Shown: positions 11,241 to 22,709, counted from the first letter of the stretch. The stretch is 64,000 bases of DNA from Nitrososphaerales archaeon (GCA_965197925.1 CBDAOC010000020.1:736001-800000); one strand, 5' to 3'. Notes: generated by a model from the letters alone, not told the origin. Translations and numbers: made by a program.

Positions 11241-12179
11241 TCAGTAGATAATTGTACCGGAATTACCCATTACTGCATCCCTTAACTTATTGAGATTGAC
11301 TATTATTGCTTCATGACCAGTATTCTCAACGAATCTGACAGCTGCTTTCACTTTTGGTCCCATGCTACCCTCCTCAAACTCTGATCTTTCCAACAATTTT
11401 CTCATTTCAATCATCTTGATCTTTCTACGGAGCTTCTTGCTTTTAGTTCCATACCGCAAGTAAACACCATCTACGTTGGTCAAACTGACAAATTTTGATG
11501 CGTTTATACCTGTCGCAAGTCGCTCACTGGCCAGGTCTTTATCGATTACGGCATTGGCAAATCTCAATTTCTTATCAGCTAGCACAGGAATTCCTCCACC
11601 ACCAACGGTCACTACAACGTAGCCTTGGTTAACAAGATCCCTAACAGCATCAATCTCTATTATAGAGACAGGATCAGGTGATGGCACAACTCTTCTATAG
11701 TGGTTAGGAGCAACTTCCTTAACTGCAAGAAATGCATTCTCTTTCATCATCATCTTTAAATCATTTTTCGTAAAAACCGGACCAACCGGTTTTACCGGAT
11801 CCTTGAACGCAGGATCTTGTTTAGAAACAATAGTCTTTGAGATCAAGCTAACAATACCGATTCGCTTGCCAAACTTGTTTAAATGATTTAGCAAGGATGT
11901 TTGGATCATAAATCCCAGCAACCCCTGTGTTTCTGCAACACATGCGAATAGTGGTAATGGGGGCACAAGTTTTTTTGCTGAGTCATGTCTCAACAAATCA
12001 TCTCCTACCTGTGATCCGTTACCATGTGTAATAACAATTCTGTAACCTTCAGTTACAAGGTGGGCGATCCCTTTGGTTGCTGAATAAATTGTTCTGTATT
12101 GTGAATCGAAAGTTCTGGATTTGCTCATTATGGCATTTCCACCGAGTGCTAAAACAACTATCCCCTTTTGCAATTGCAA
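11241..12179 (-). CDS. arcC: Carbamate kinase
   Basis: VLALGGNAI, ITHGNGSQVG, DPAFKDPVKPVGP, YRRVVPSPDP, GGGGIPV, AVIDKDLAS, GSMGPKVKAA. Confidence 0.93.
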   Translation of the reverse strand: MQLQKGIVVLALGGNAIMSKSRTFDSQYRTIYSATKGIAHLVTEGYRIVITHGNGSQVGDDLLRHDSAKKLVPPLPLFACVAETQGLLGFMIQTSLLNHLNKFGKRIGIVSLISKTIVSKQDPAFKDPVKPVGPVFTKNDLKMMMKENAFLAVKEVAPNHYRRVVPSPDPVSIIEIDAVRDLVNQGYVVVTVGGGGIPVLADKKLRFANAVIDKDLASERLATGINASKFVSLTNVDGVYLRYGTKSKKLRRKIKMIEMRKLLERSEFEEGSMGPKVKAAVRFVENTGHEAIIVNLNKLRDAVMGNSGTIIY

Positions 12180-12541
12180 TGGTGATTAACAATCAGTATT
12201 TATTATGACTAGTCTACATAATTTGGACATTTCGATAAATACAAGTTATACTTGTTAATTGGAGAAGATGCTTCAGCTAGAAAATTCATCTATTATTTAG
12301 ACTTCCCTATACAGTTCCCTTAAAAAGTACAGGCCCTACCATCACACACTGATTATACTATCGATGAGGAATGTTACCTGTCTTGAATTACTCTCAACAA
12401 ACATACTATTGAATATCATCTCAAAACCGGAACATAAAGGTGAACTAGAATGGGAAATTGTCATGTTAATTATCATTGATATTGGACAACAACATATACT
12501 AACTTAGGTCCAAGATATTCCAGGTATCAACTGTCTCATCA

Positions 12542-13393
12542 CTACACTACTGTCAGTGCCCTTACCACATCAGTCTTTGTAACTATACCATTCAAATTGT
12601 TATCAGAGTTAACTGCTGGGAGACCGCTTATCCTATTATTAACCATCATTTGCGCCGCCTCTGCCAGATCCAGATTCTTCGTAACAGTTATTGGGTCCCG
12701 CCGCATTACATCTCTTGCTAACAAAACATGACTGATACCTGATAAAGGAGCAGTCGACTGTCTTCGTGACATGGAAACCTCGGTGGGCAATCCACGGGTA
12801 TCTTCTTCTATCATTGTACTAATTGGCAGGAGATCATGTCCTGTGACGATACCTATAGGTTTCTGACCTTTAACCACAATAACTCTCGATACTCTATTTC
12901 CCATCATTGTAGAAATTACTGTGTGTATAGAATGGCTAGGCATTACCGTTAACACCTTCTTTGTCATGTAATCCTTTACACTGTTTTTCGCTGCATAATG
13001 CCGAAAATAAACATTAACCAAATCACTTTTGGTGAATATGCCCGTTAGATTGCCATTGCTGTTAACCACAATAAGGGAGCTAATTTGGTTCTCCTTCATT
13101 AGCTGTGCACATTTCTTGAGATCAGTCCCTTCGCCTACAGTTATGAGATCGGTTTTCATCACTTGGTCTAGTCTAATCTCATCAAGAGATCTACCAATAG
13201 CATCTTTGAATAGAAATCGACTCAAACTTTTCTCTGTAACAATGCCTACTGGCTTGAAGTCTTTAGCCACAACAACTCTACTTATGTTGTATCTTATCAT
13301 AGTATCACGCGCGTCTCCAAGAGTATTCTTAGGTTCTAGTTTGACCACCTTCCTACTTACATCCTTAGCCTTAAGTTTCACATATTGTCCCAC
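12542..13393 (-). CDS. Tandem CBS-domain protein (4 CBS repeats)
   Basis: Four repeats of M..[N]IS.l.V.....GI.T..D. Confidence 0.9.
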   Translation of the reverse strand: MGQYVKLKAKDVSRKVVKLEPKNTLGDARDTMIRYNISRVVVAKDFKPVGIVTEKSLSRFLFKDAIGRSLDEIRLDQVMKTDLITVGEGTDLKKCAQLMKENQISSLIVVNSNGNLTGIFTKSDLVNVYFRHYAAKNSVKDYMTKKVLTVMPSHSIHTVISTMMGNRVSRVIVVKGQKPIGIVTGHDLLPISTMIEEDTRGLPTEVSMSRRQSTAPLSGISHVLLARDVMRRDPITVTKNLDLAEAAQMMVNNRISGLPAVNSDNNLNGIVTKTDVVRALTVV

Positions 13394-13972
13394 GTGATGA
13401 ATTCCTTATTACATTATTTAAGCAGATAGCACGATTCTTAGTCCTGAAAATAATCCATAATGTTCAAATCATTCAACTATCAAAAAGCAATAGTAAAATG
13501 AAAAATGAAATATTAAATTCTTCGATTATTACTAGCCATTTTAAGATTTGGTGAATCATTGGATATAAGTATATGTTGTGTTTGAATTGTAGCTTTTCCG
13601 CACTCCTTCCTCGTCAATGAGGTTTTATGTTTTCCCAATCCACATACTGTTCTTACTCTAATCCCATAATTATTGGCTTCGTCAATTATCTATTTAACAC
13701 TCCTCCAAAACAGATTATCTCCCATTATTCCCATCACTAATTCTGTTGTTTCTGCAGAGATTTACATTTCATGATTACCAAGTCTATGAAAAACATCTAT
13801 CCGATGAATCCTAGAATTATGAAGTATTTGATATCTTATACTATTCCACAACATATAGATAATCGTAGCTGCTGACCATGATAATAAAATCAAAATCGCA
13901 AGTATAACCATAAAGGAGATAAATTACACTCGATACATCCTGCTAAAGACCAATAGGTGTCAGTATAACTTA

Positions 13973-15007
13973 GAGCCTATCCGAAAATCCTATTCCATAG
14001 ATTGTACGCTGCTCATACCAGCAATAATTAAATCGGAATGATGGAAAATAAATATATACATCTCTTCCTGGGTGTGATTTTATCAATTTTGTAGAAAGCG
14101 CACGCTATAGTAATTCCAAAATCATATGAGCTTACCAGTGAATTGCTCTGTATACTATTAGACAGTTAGCCAATTCTACTAGCGCCTGATAATTTTCCTC
14201 TCTCTTCTCGAACCTTACCAATAACTTTCTGAACCTGTTATGCCAAGATGCGGTTCTTTCTACAACCCATCTCTTTGCTTTACACAAATTCTTTTTCAAC
14301 ACTTCACCCTTATGACGAATGTGATCCACATATCCCCTTCCTAACTCCATACTCTATCTCAGGGAAATCGTATCCTATTCATGCATATGTTCTGTTTAAC
14401 TTTGGGCCTATCAACAACAATGCTATCTATTGTAGGAAAGGCTGATTTCATATCGTGTTTATTTGCTCCAGTAATTACAGATGAGAGAGGAATACCTCTT
14501 CTATCAACCAGCATGTGACGTTTGGTACCTAGCTTGCCTCTATCCGTTGGGTTTGCTCCGGTCGTTTTCCCCCTAATGGGGCCTTCGGTACGCTATCCAT
14601 GGATTGCCAGTCCCATCCCATGCTCTTTAATTCATCATATATTTCCAGCAGCCTCTTCCATACCTTCTTGAATACTCCTATCCCAATCCATTCCTGAAAT
14701 CTTGCATGGCAAGTTGAGCCAGAACCAAATTCTTTAGATACCTTCTTCCACTGGCATCCAGTTCTTAATACATACAGTATTCCATTCAATACTTTTCTAA
14801 ATGGCACAGCTGGCCTTCCAACTGTTCTTGCTGGTTTCCCTGGCGGCAGCACTAGTTTGAACTCTACCCATTAGATCATTTGGTATATTCCATATGGTCG
14901 GCATGCTCTTTTTCTTTGATTTTCTCACAAATTTAGCTAGAGAGGACAGATCTAGATCTGTTTCGGTATAAACAATTAGGCTATGATGTTAATTTTCGGA
15001 TAAGCCC
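13973..15007 (-). mobile_element. IS family C (IS5-family), copy 2
   Basis: Near-identical to 4810-5690 over the transposase; IRs GAGCCTATCCGAAAAT/ATTTTCGGATAAGCCC. Confidence 0.9.
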
Positions 15008-15298
15008 TAAGTTACAACCTGAATTATTTTTATTAGGACAGACATATTGTTTTCCTTTATGTTGAAGGATCTAATTTAGACTGGATAAAATGGGATATCT
15101 AAGGAGGGGGATAATGTTGGCCAAAGAAGTGTTCTCAGTAGCCCCAAAGATATTATTATCTACATTCTAATTAATGATTTCAAAAATGTTCTATTAGAAC
15201 CGATCCTAGGGAAGGCACCGAAGCAATTGACATAATCCTGTATAATTGCACACTTTTATTATCAGAACAAAGAAGATTACTTGTATCACCGTTTACCA

Positions 15299-16315
15299 TT
15301 AAGGAGTCAACACTGCTCTGGCTTCTATATTGCTCGTTTTCAACTTTGCAAGAACTTCATTCGCATTACTTAGTGGGTATTTTTCACAAATAACTTCTAT
15401 CGAATTGTTAGTAGCCAGAGCAAGAACCTGCTTCATATCATTCCTTGATCCAATAACGCTGCCCTTAATGACCTTTTCATCAACAAACATAAAATCATCA
15501 CCTATAGATCCAAACACACCCAGGACAATGGTACCACCCTTCTTAACAGATTTTACTGCCTGACTTATCGCCTCCTTGGCAGGTGCAAATACTATAGCGG
15601 AATCCACTAAGCCCATTTTTTGAATAGATTGCACGACATCTTCCTCTGAAGGAGATATAACAACATCCGCACCAAGCTTTGATGCCAAATTAAGATGCAT
15701 CTTGCTTCTTGTAATTGCGACAACTTTTGCTCCATATAGCTTTGCTATCTGCAGCGCAATATGACCAACCCCTCCTATACCGAACACCGCAACCATATTT
15801 CCTGGAGAGAGATTGGCTTGTTTGACAGCTTTGTACGCGGTAACACCAGGGCAGAACAGAGGCGCAGCATGCAAGTCATCTATCGAATCAGGAATCTTGT
15901 AGGTGAAATCGGATGGAACTTTCATGTATTCAGCATAACCACCATCTTCGGTATCACCGGTTATCTTCCTATTATCACACAGGTGCTCCTTTCCAGTTAG
16001 ACAATAATCACAATTCCTGCATGCACTGTACAATGGTTGTATTCCTATTCTCTCTCCTTTACTAAATTTTATAACATCACTGCCAACCGATTCAACAACA
16101 CCAACGATCTCATGCCCGGGAATGATTGGAAGTTTGGGGGGTATACCGTACTTCAACCAGTCTCCTTCGATCAAATGTAAATTGGATCTGCATACACCGC
16201 ATGCAGTTATTCTCATAAGAATCTGATTCTTGTCGAGTAATGGAATATCGACATCAGTTAGTTTCAAGGGTCTATCTTCAATCGGAGCCGTTCTATTCAG
16301 GATCATTGCTTTCAT
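15299..16315 (-). CDS. Zn-dependent medium-chain alcohol dehydrogenase
   Basis: ACGVCRSNLH, IPGHEIVG, CRNCDYC..G.EHLC, GIGGVG. Confidence 0.92.
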   Translation of the reverse strand: MKAMILNRTAPIEDRPLKLTDVDIPLLDKNQILMRITACGVCRSNLHLIEGDWLKYGIPPKLPIIPGHEIVGVVESVGSDVIKFSKGERIGIQPLYSACRNCDYCLTGKEHLCDNRKITGDTEDGGYAEYMKVPSDFTYKIPDSIDDLHAAPLFCPGVTAYKAVKQANLSPGNMVAVFGIGGVGHIALQIAKLYGAKVVAITRSKMHLNLASKLGADVVISPSEEDVVQSIQKMGLVDSAIVFAPAKEAISQAVKSVKKGGTIVLGVFGSIGDDFMFVDEKVIKGSVIGSRNDMKQVLALATNNSIEVICEKYPLSNANEVLAKLKTSNIEARAVLTP

Positions 16316-16670
16316 TACCCCTTTCTATACAACCAATTATTTTAATTTAAAAAGTGCTTTCCGACTCAGGTAACTCCCAACCACATTTAATATCAATTGC
16401 CAAAGTTGGACTCACACCCTCATCAATAAATGCTGCTAGCGATTTTCTTGGTTTTTTGGATAGAACGCAGCAGCTGCTTGGATTATCACCTCTTAACATG
16501 ACTAACCAATTTTTCAAGCTCCAAGACTATATAGTGCAAATATGGGTGGCAAAAACCCTTGTAAAAAAAGTAAATAATCAATATGTGCTTGATCAAATTC
16601 AAGCAAGCCAAATTGGACCAAATATGCTTAATGTAAATCTTTTAAGTAAACGCATTAAATTCCTATTGTA

Positions 16671-17957
16671 TTGGAATTCGAACTGCCTAGAGGAATGCGC
16701 GATCTGGAACCAAAAGAATATCAAATGATTGAACTGAGCAAACGAAAGTTCTTTGACGCTGCAGAGCTGTTCGGTTTCAATTTAATGGAACCATCACCAG
16801 TGGAATCGCTATCGACATTGGAGGCTAAGAGTGGTAATACAATCAGGCAGGAAATTTATAGTTTTATGGATAAGGGGGGTAGAGATGTTGCTTTGCGTTT
16901 CGACCTTACTATAGGCCTAACAAGATATGTTACTTCAAGGCGGGATATGCGTTTACCTGTCAAGCTTGCATCGTTTGGTGGAATGTTCAGGTATGACGAG
17001 CCACAGCTGGGTCGATATAGATGGTTCCACCAGTGGGATGTTGAGGTTTACGATTCTTTCAATATAGAATCTGATGCTGAGGTGATGGAGTTTACTGCAG
17101 TATACCTAGAATCTCTTGGGCTCGATGCTGTAATAGATATCTGTGATCGAGAACTGCTGGAAGATTTCATACGTAGCAGATTACATGTCAGTGATATGGA
17201 TGTCATACTGGAAATGCTAAGGGCAATTGACAAAGTTCCTAAAAAAGGTCACAAGGCTGTACTAAAGGAATATTCAGATAAGGGTATGGATGTAAAGAAG
17301 TTGGAAGAACTTCTTGAACTCGCGGAAATGAAGGGAAATCCAGAAAAGATCATGTCCGATGATCGCATTAAGAACCTAGATAAAATTGGTAAACTCAAGG
17401 ATATCATGGATTCGATAAGGTCAAGGGGGGTGAAAAATATTAGAGTAAACATGGGGATAGTCCGGGGTTTAGATTATTACTCTGGTGTGGTTTTTGAAGC
17501 CTTTGACAAGTCTGGAGGAATAGGTGCACTGGTTGGTGGGGGAAGATATGATAAACTTACCACTACTTTTGGCAGATCCGATATGGGTGCAACCGGCGCA
17601 GCGGGGGGAATTGAAAGAATAGTTTCCATATTGCTCAAAAAAGGGCTTGCAGATCGGAGACTATCAAATAAATCTGTCTTCGTGGCATATGTTTATGATG
17701 ATTTAAAGCAGAATGCAACAAGTCTTGTATCTTCATTGCGTAAAAGTGGCATAATTTCTGAGTTTGATATGAATAACCATTCGCTTAAGAAGCAGTTGGA
17801 GGAGGCATCGAAGAGAGGATATATGTTCACTGCTATACTTGCTCCTGAAGAATTATCTAGGAACGAGTTGATACTAAGAAATATGGATACCGGATCTGAG
17901 GTAAAAGCAAAACTCGATGATTTTTCGAAGGATCCAAGAAAAGCATTGGAAGCTTAA
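16671..17957 (+). CDS. hisS: Histidyl-tRNA synthetase
   Basis: LPRGMRD, ALRFDLT, FRYDEPQLGRYRWFHQ, RGLDYYSG, GGGRYD, AGGIER. Confidence 0.96.
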   Translation: MEFELPRGMRDLEPKEYQMIELSKRKFFDAAELFGFNLMEPSPVESLSTLEAKSGNTIRQEIYSFMDKGGRDVALRFDLTIGLTRYVTSRRDMRLPVKLASFGGMFRYDEPQLGRYRWFHQWDVEVYDSFNIESDAEVMEFTAVYLESLGLDAVIDICDRELLEDFIRSRLHVSDMDVILEMLRAIDKVPKKGHKAVLKEYSDKGMDVKKLEELLELAEMKGNPEKIMSDDRIKNLDKIGKLKDIMDSIRSRGVKNIRVNMGIVRGLDYYSGVVFEAFDKSGGIGALVGGGRYDKLTTTFGRSDMGATGAAGGIERIVSILLKKGLADRRLSNKSVFVAYVYDDLKQNATSLVSSLRKSGIISEFDMNNHSLKKQLEEASKRGYMFTAILAPEELSRNELILRNMDTGSEVKAKLDDFSKDPRKALEA

Positions 17958-18619
17958 AGCTTAAACCCTCTACTTAACATGACAAGCTCCGGACCTGTAG
18001 TTAACGTACCGACAACGGCGGACTTGGAATTTGCAATAACACCTGATGCCAAAAAGGGAACACCACCATTAACTGTAGCAGGTTCCACATCAACTTTCAA
18101 ACTTTCCTTGATAAGATCAATCTTAGGCTCGCTTGTCTTTGGATGCACAACTGCACCAAGATTGGTGCTTACCACAAGTGCGCCTACTTGGTGATAGGTA
18201 TCCATGCTAAAGTGTTCTATAGGCACGCCTAGCACATCTTGCATTTCTTTCAATGAGTCCTTTGGTATAATGGTTGATGCCAATCCTGCCTTATCATTGG
18301 CAACTATTAGATTTCCCAGTGCAGTAACTTTCAATTCTATCCTTCCGACGTTCATTTCCGTAGATTTTTTTAACTCCCGTATTTCATAATCTTCCGTTAT
18401 CCATGGTACAAGTATACCATTATTGTTCATTACAGACAAGGGACCAAGTAACCTTGTGTCTGCTATAGAAACACGCACACATTGAACCTCAAAGAGATGT
18501 TGAAGTTGTTCTTCCTTGGAGTCCGAAATACCTTTTGGTACAAAAAGATAATTATCATTTGCTTTTAAAAATATGCCAATATTAGGACTTCTGTAAATAT
18601 AATACCTATTGATGCCCAT
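17954..18619 (-). CDS. eif6: Translation initiation factor 6 (aIF6)
   Basis: SPNIGIF..AND, ALGNLIVAND, TVNGGVPFLASG, TTGPEL. True start is ATG 18619; the longer ORF-track start overlaps the ferredoxin gene. Confidence 0.93.
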   Translation of the reverse strand: MGINRYYIYRSPNIGIFLKANDNYLFVPKGISDSKEEQLQHLFEVQCVRVSIADTRLLGPLSVMNNNGILVPWITEDYEIRELKKSTEMNVGRIELKVTALGNLIVANDKAGLASTIIPKDSLKEMQDVLGVPIEHFSMDTYHQVGALVVSTNLGAVVHPKTSEPKIDLIKESLKVDVEPATVNGGVPFLASGVIANSKSAVVGTLTTGPELVMLSRGFKL

Positions 18620-18703
18620 GAACTTAGGTAGCTTGAATATGAAATAATATGAATTTACCTTACTCCAAGTTTCCATATCATTTATATAATATATCAAAGG
18701 TAG

Positions 18704-19261
<558 letters not shown>

Positions 19262-19284
19262 CCCACATTGAAATCTTTTTTTAA

Positions 19285-19845
19285 TTAAAGATCAAATACC
19301 CTTACCATATTTTTTACATCGAATATTATTACTTCACTCGGAAGGTTCAGAACTGACATTTTTTCGTTGGGAGGATCAAATGTCAAAATATGTAAAAGCA
19401 TGCTAGACTTGTTTGTTTTGACCTTTTTCTTTAACCTAGCAGAGAGTACCTTCTTTCCTATTACTATATTCGGATTGAACAATACATCAAGTGTATGAAG
19501 GTAAGTGCTCCCCCAAATGACGAAAGAATATTCGACCTTGAAATAGGGGATAGATACCGCTGGATAATTAAGCTTACCTGAATTATGCAGTGCTTCATCT
19601 GCATAATAAAACCTATCATGGAAATTATCCACGAAAGGAACCTTTGCGTAAACGGTTTGCCTTAAACCCTTTCTATCACATATCATCGAATACTTCTCAA
19701 ACACTTGGTCAGGTAAAGTTGAGAATCCATACTTGTAGTCGTCATGTATTCTAATCCTCTTATTTACGACAAAGTGTTGCTTTGATTCCAAAAGTCGTCT
19801 TACATTCTCGACGAACTGATTCTCATTGCATTCAAAAATAGGCAT
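19285..19845 (-). CDS. Hypothetical protein
   Basis: 186-aa ATG ORF, translationally adjacent to the upstream ORF. Confidence 0.7.
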   Translation of the reverse strand: MPIFECNENQFVENVRRLLESKQHFVVNKRIRIHDDYKYGFSTLPDQVFEKYSMICDRKGLRQTVYAKVPFVDNFHDRFYYADEALHNSGKLNYPAVSIPYFKVEYSFVIWGSTYLHTLDVLFNPNIVIGKKVLSARLKKKVKTNKSSMLLHILTFDPPNEKMSVLNLPSEVIIFDVKNMVRVFDL

Positions 19846-20112
19846 TCAATCAAACACCCCAATGATCTTGCTTATTGTATTTGAGGAACCGCAGATAGTA
19901 ATGATAGGATCTTTTGGATAAACATCCCCAAGTTCCTCAGATACGCTAACACATTCTGATTTGCGCACAAAAAGGATCTTGTTCCAGAACATTCCGTCAC
20001 TCACCGTGGTGGCAGAATCAAATATAGAAAAGCCCATTTCTAACAGACTGGTATGAACCTTATCGCCAGGAATCCATACCGCAATCGACTTTATTTTAAG
20101 TTTCATTGACAC
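19846..20112 (-). CDS. Hypothetical protein
   Basis: Stop codon abuts the start of 19285-19845. Confidence 0.55.
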   Translation of the reverse strand: MSMKLKIKSIAVWIPGDKVHTSLLEMGFSIFDSATTVSDGMFWNKILFVRKSECVSVSEELGDVYPKDPIITICGSSNTISKIIGVFD

Positions 20113-20220
20113 ATTCTAATTTACGGATCCAATATAAAAATTGGTTGTATTTGATTTTGACACAATATATGATCAAAGTTTATCTTTAATATTTATCTTT
20201 AATAATATTCATTAGAACTC

Positions 20221-21183
20221 ATGTGTTCCGTTGTCGTTATGCATGGTGATGCTCTTGCAAACTATGGTTTCGGAGGCTCACATCCTTGGGGCTCAGATAG
20301 GCTTTATGCATTTTGGAACAAGTTCCTGAGCGAGCGACTGGATAAAGAACCAAATATCATTATAAAAGAACCTGTTCTAGCAAAGGAAGACACATTGTTG
20401 AACTTTCATTCCAAAATCTATGTGGAATTTGTTAAAAAGGCATCGTCATCGGGAAAGGGTTTTCTTGATCATGGTGATACACCAGCCTTCAAGGGAGTAT
20501 TTGAGGCAGCCAGCTACATCGTTGGCTCTACCTTAAAGGCACTTGATATGGTGATAAAGAAGGAAGTCGATCATGCCTTCAATCCAATAGGTGGATTACA
20601 TCATGCTAGGAGGGAGTTTGCCGGAGGGTTTTGTGTGTTCAATGACATCGGCATTGCTATAGGAGTAGCAAGGAATTATTACCAAGTAAAGAAGGTGACT
20701 TACGTTGATATAGATGCGCATCACGGAGACGGTGTCTTTTATGAATTCAACAAGGATCCAGATGTATTCATAGTTGATGTGCATGAAGATGGTAATTATC
20801 TTTATCCTGGAACGGGTTTTGTGCATGAAACCGGTGAAGGAGATGCAGAAGGATCGAAACTAAACATTCCCATGAAGCCTTTTGCAAACGATAATGATGT
20901 TTTGAAAGCATTCAAGCAGGCAGAAGAATTCCTTGATGATGCCAAACCAGAACTGATCATTCTGCAATGTGGAGGTGATGGCTTGATGGGAGATCCTCTT
21001 ACACACTTGAATTTTAGCGAGGGTACGCACAGGCATGTTACAAAATTTCTTCACAATTTAGCACATAGATACTGTGATGGCAGGATGATTGCTTTGGGTG
21101 GGGGAGGTTACAACAGAGACAATATTGCTAAAGCGTGGACTGAAGTCGTAAAGGTACTAAGCAACTCGGGAGTACACATCTAA
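20221..21183 (+). CDS. Histone deacetylase / AcuC family protein
   Basis: GGLHHA, GGFCVFND, DIDAHHGDG, YPGTG, GDPL, GGGGY. Confidence 0.93.
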   Translation: MCSVVVMHGDALANYGFGGSHPWGSDRLYAFWNKFLSERLDKEPNIIIKEPVLAKEDTLLNFHSKIYVEFVKKASSSGKGFLDHGDTPAFKGVFEAASYIVGSTLKALDMVIKKEVDHAFNPIGGLHHARREFAGGFCVFNDIGIAIGVARNYYQVKKVTYVDIDAHHGDGVFYEFNKDPDVFIVDVHEDGNYLYPGTGFVHETGEGDAEGSKLNIPMKPFANDNDVLKAFKQAEEFLDDAKPELIILQCGGDGLMGDPLTHLNFSEGTHRHVTKFLHNLAHRYCDGRMIALGGGGYNRDNIAKAWTEVVKVLSNSGVHI

Positions 21184-21211
21184 ATATGCTATGTTCCTTT
21201 ATCTCTGATGC

Positions 21212-21332
21212 GCAGGAGTGGCAGAGTGGCCGAATGCGCGGATTCTCCAAAAGAGATGCGTAAGCCTTGAGTCCACAAAAAGACAGCCCGTGAGCCGCAA
21301 GGCTCTCAGGAGTTCAAATCTCCTCTCCTGCG
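21212..21332 (+). tRNA. tRNA-Ser(UGA) with two introns (22 nt at 29/30: 21242-21263; 13 nt at 37/38: 21272-21284)
   Basis: Acceptor stem GCAGGAG/CTCCTGC with discriminator G; T-arm AGGAG-TTCAAAT-CTCCT; long variable arm GAGCC-GCAA-GGCTC. Removing both introns gives a perfect anticodon arm CGGGC-CT-TGA-GA-GCCCG. Confidence 0.88.
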
Positions 21333-21796
21333 CCTTTATTTTATCTAATATTGGCGAGTCTTAGAATTCTTTTAAAATTCAATAGGTCGGTTGTATTATG
21401 AAATTAACATAGGTGACCTTGTAAGACTATTGTGAAAGAAATAACGTAAAGAAAATAATGTAAACATAAAAATCTAAAGACAGTTTGGTATAGGAAAACA
21501 ATTTGGTGTGGAAGATTCTCATGAAAAACGAGACTGCATTAGCCAAAGTCAATTGGAGAACTTCCCATTTGAGCACGATTAATATGTAAATGAAATGAAA
21601 ATAATGATTACAAGCTTCAATTATAATCCAACGGAGAATAATTATGACTATTTCAAATGATCTAGTGTTGTATATCCTGTGTACGGTGACAATTATTTTA
21701 TTCGGCCAATCATAATTTCCTCTATGAGATGTTTTTTGATTAGTCGGTAATGCACCCAATTGAATATATATATAATTTTGATTTAAACTAGGCAAT

Positions 21797-22150
21797 ATGG
21801 AGAAAGAAATGATCTATGCTGTATTTGGCATAATTTTGATCGTCGCCCTTTCTAGCGTAGTAATTATAGTAAGCCTTGATCAAAATCAGAAACCTGGTCC
21901 TGTACCTATTATACCCACTTTACCACAAGACCCTAAGCAGACAAGTAACCATTCCGATGACTGGGACGAATTACCTGTTTCATTTATGGACTCGAATAAT
22001 ACTATTCCTGAAGTGTTGGTAACTCAAAAGTGGACTAATGCGGATGCATTACAAGCTTGCAGTATGTTGCTTGAGAATTCCGTTATTCAAGAGACGGTGG
22101 ATAAGGCCGACATTAACTGGTGTAGAGAATTTGTGAATTCATTAAAGTAG
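21797..22150 (+). CDS. Membrane-anchored hypothetical protein
   Basis: N-terminal TM helix, Pro-rich linker, two Cys. Confidence 0.65.
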   Translation: MEKEMIYAVFGIILIVALSSVVIIVSLDQNQKPGPVPIIPTLPQDPKQTSNHSDDWDELPVSFMDSNNTIPEVLVTQKWTNADALQACSMLLENSVIQETVDKADINWCREFVNSLK

Positions 22151-22290
22151 TTTGTATGTGGAATTCATATTCATTTTTATCTTGGCATTGAATTCACTAT
22201 TGTTAAATATTTCATTGTTTTATCACATATTTCACTATTGTTGTATTTTTGTATTCAATACTAAAATAGTTTAATCCCATCAAAAGAGAC

Positions 22291-22656
22291 ATGAGCGATA
22301 CGGAGTTATTTGAATTGACATGGTATCTCAGGGATTACCTCTTCAGAAATCACAATCAAGAGGGCACTGAAATTGTAGCGGATAACATTCCTGTCAAGAT
22401 GAAAAGCTTGTATTTACGGTACAGGAATAGCAATATAGAACATTTAACGGAATTGGCCAAATTGGTGACAGAAAAATTACAGGAAACATCAGTACTAATT
22501 CCATTTGACGGTTCAAAACTAAAGATGAATGCCATGCTAGATAGATGGCAGTGTTCAAACTGCAAGTACATATCTTACCTGACCAACCTTGAGGAAATGA
22601 AGTGTTTTAGATGTGGTTCCAAAGAGATTAAGGAATTCATGAGAAGAAGAGCATGA
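22291..22656 (+). CDS. Hypothetical protein with C-terminal Zn ribbon
   Basis: CSNC...CFRCGS. Confidence 0.75.
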   Translation: MSDTELFELTWYLRDYLFRNHNQEGTEIVADNIPVKMKSLYLRYRNSNIEHLTELAKLVTEKLQETSVLIPFDGSKLKMNAMLDRWQCSNCKYISYLTNLEEMKCFRCGSKEIKEFMRRRA

Positions 22657-22709
22657 ATACAAAATTCTGAATACAAAATTCTTAAAACCAACATCATATA
22701 ATAAAAGAC

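Noticed and set aside
10076..13397. Plus-strand ORFs 10076-10444, 10658-11014, 13029-13397 and similar antisense ORFs elsewhere
   Set aside because: They are shadows of well-supported genes on the opposite strand.
21210..21334. tRNA-Sec or tRNA-Leu
   Set aside because: Standard 7/5 acceptor/T stems, discriminator G and a TGA anticodon after splicing indicate Ser. The extra flanking pairs are outside the mature tRNA.
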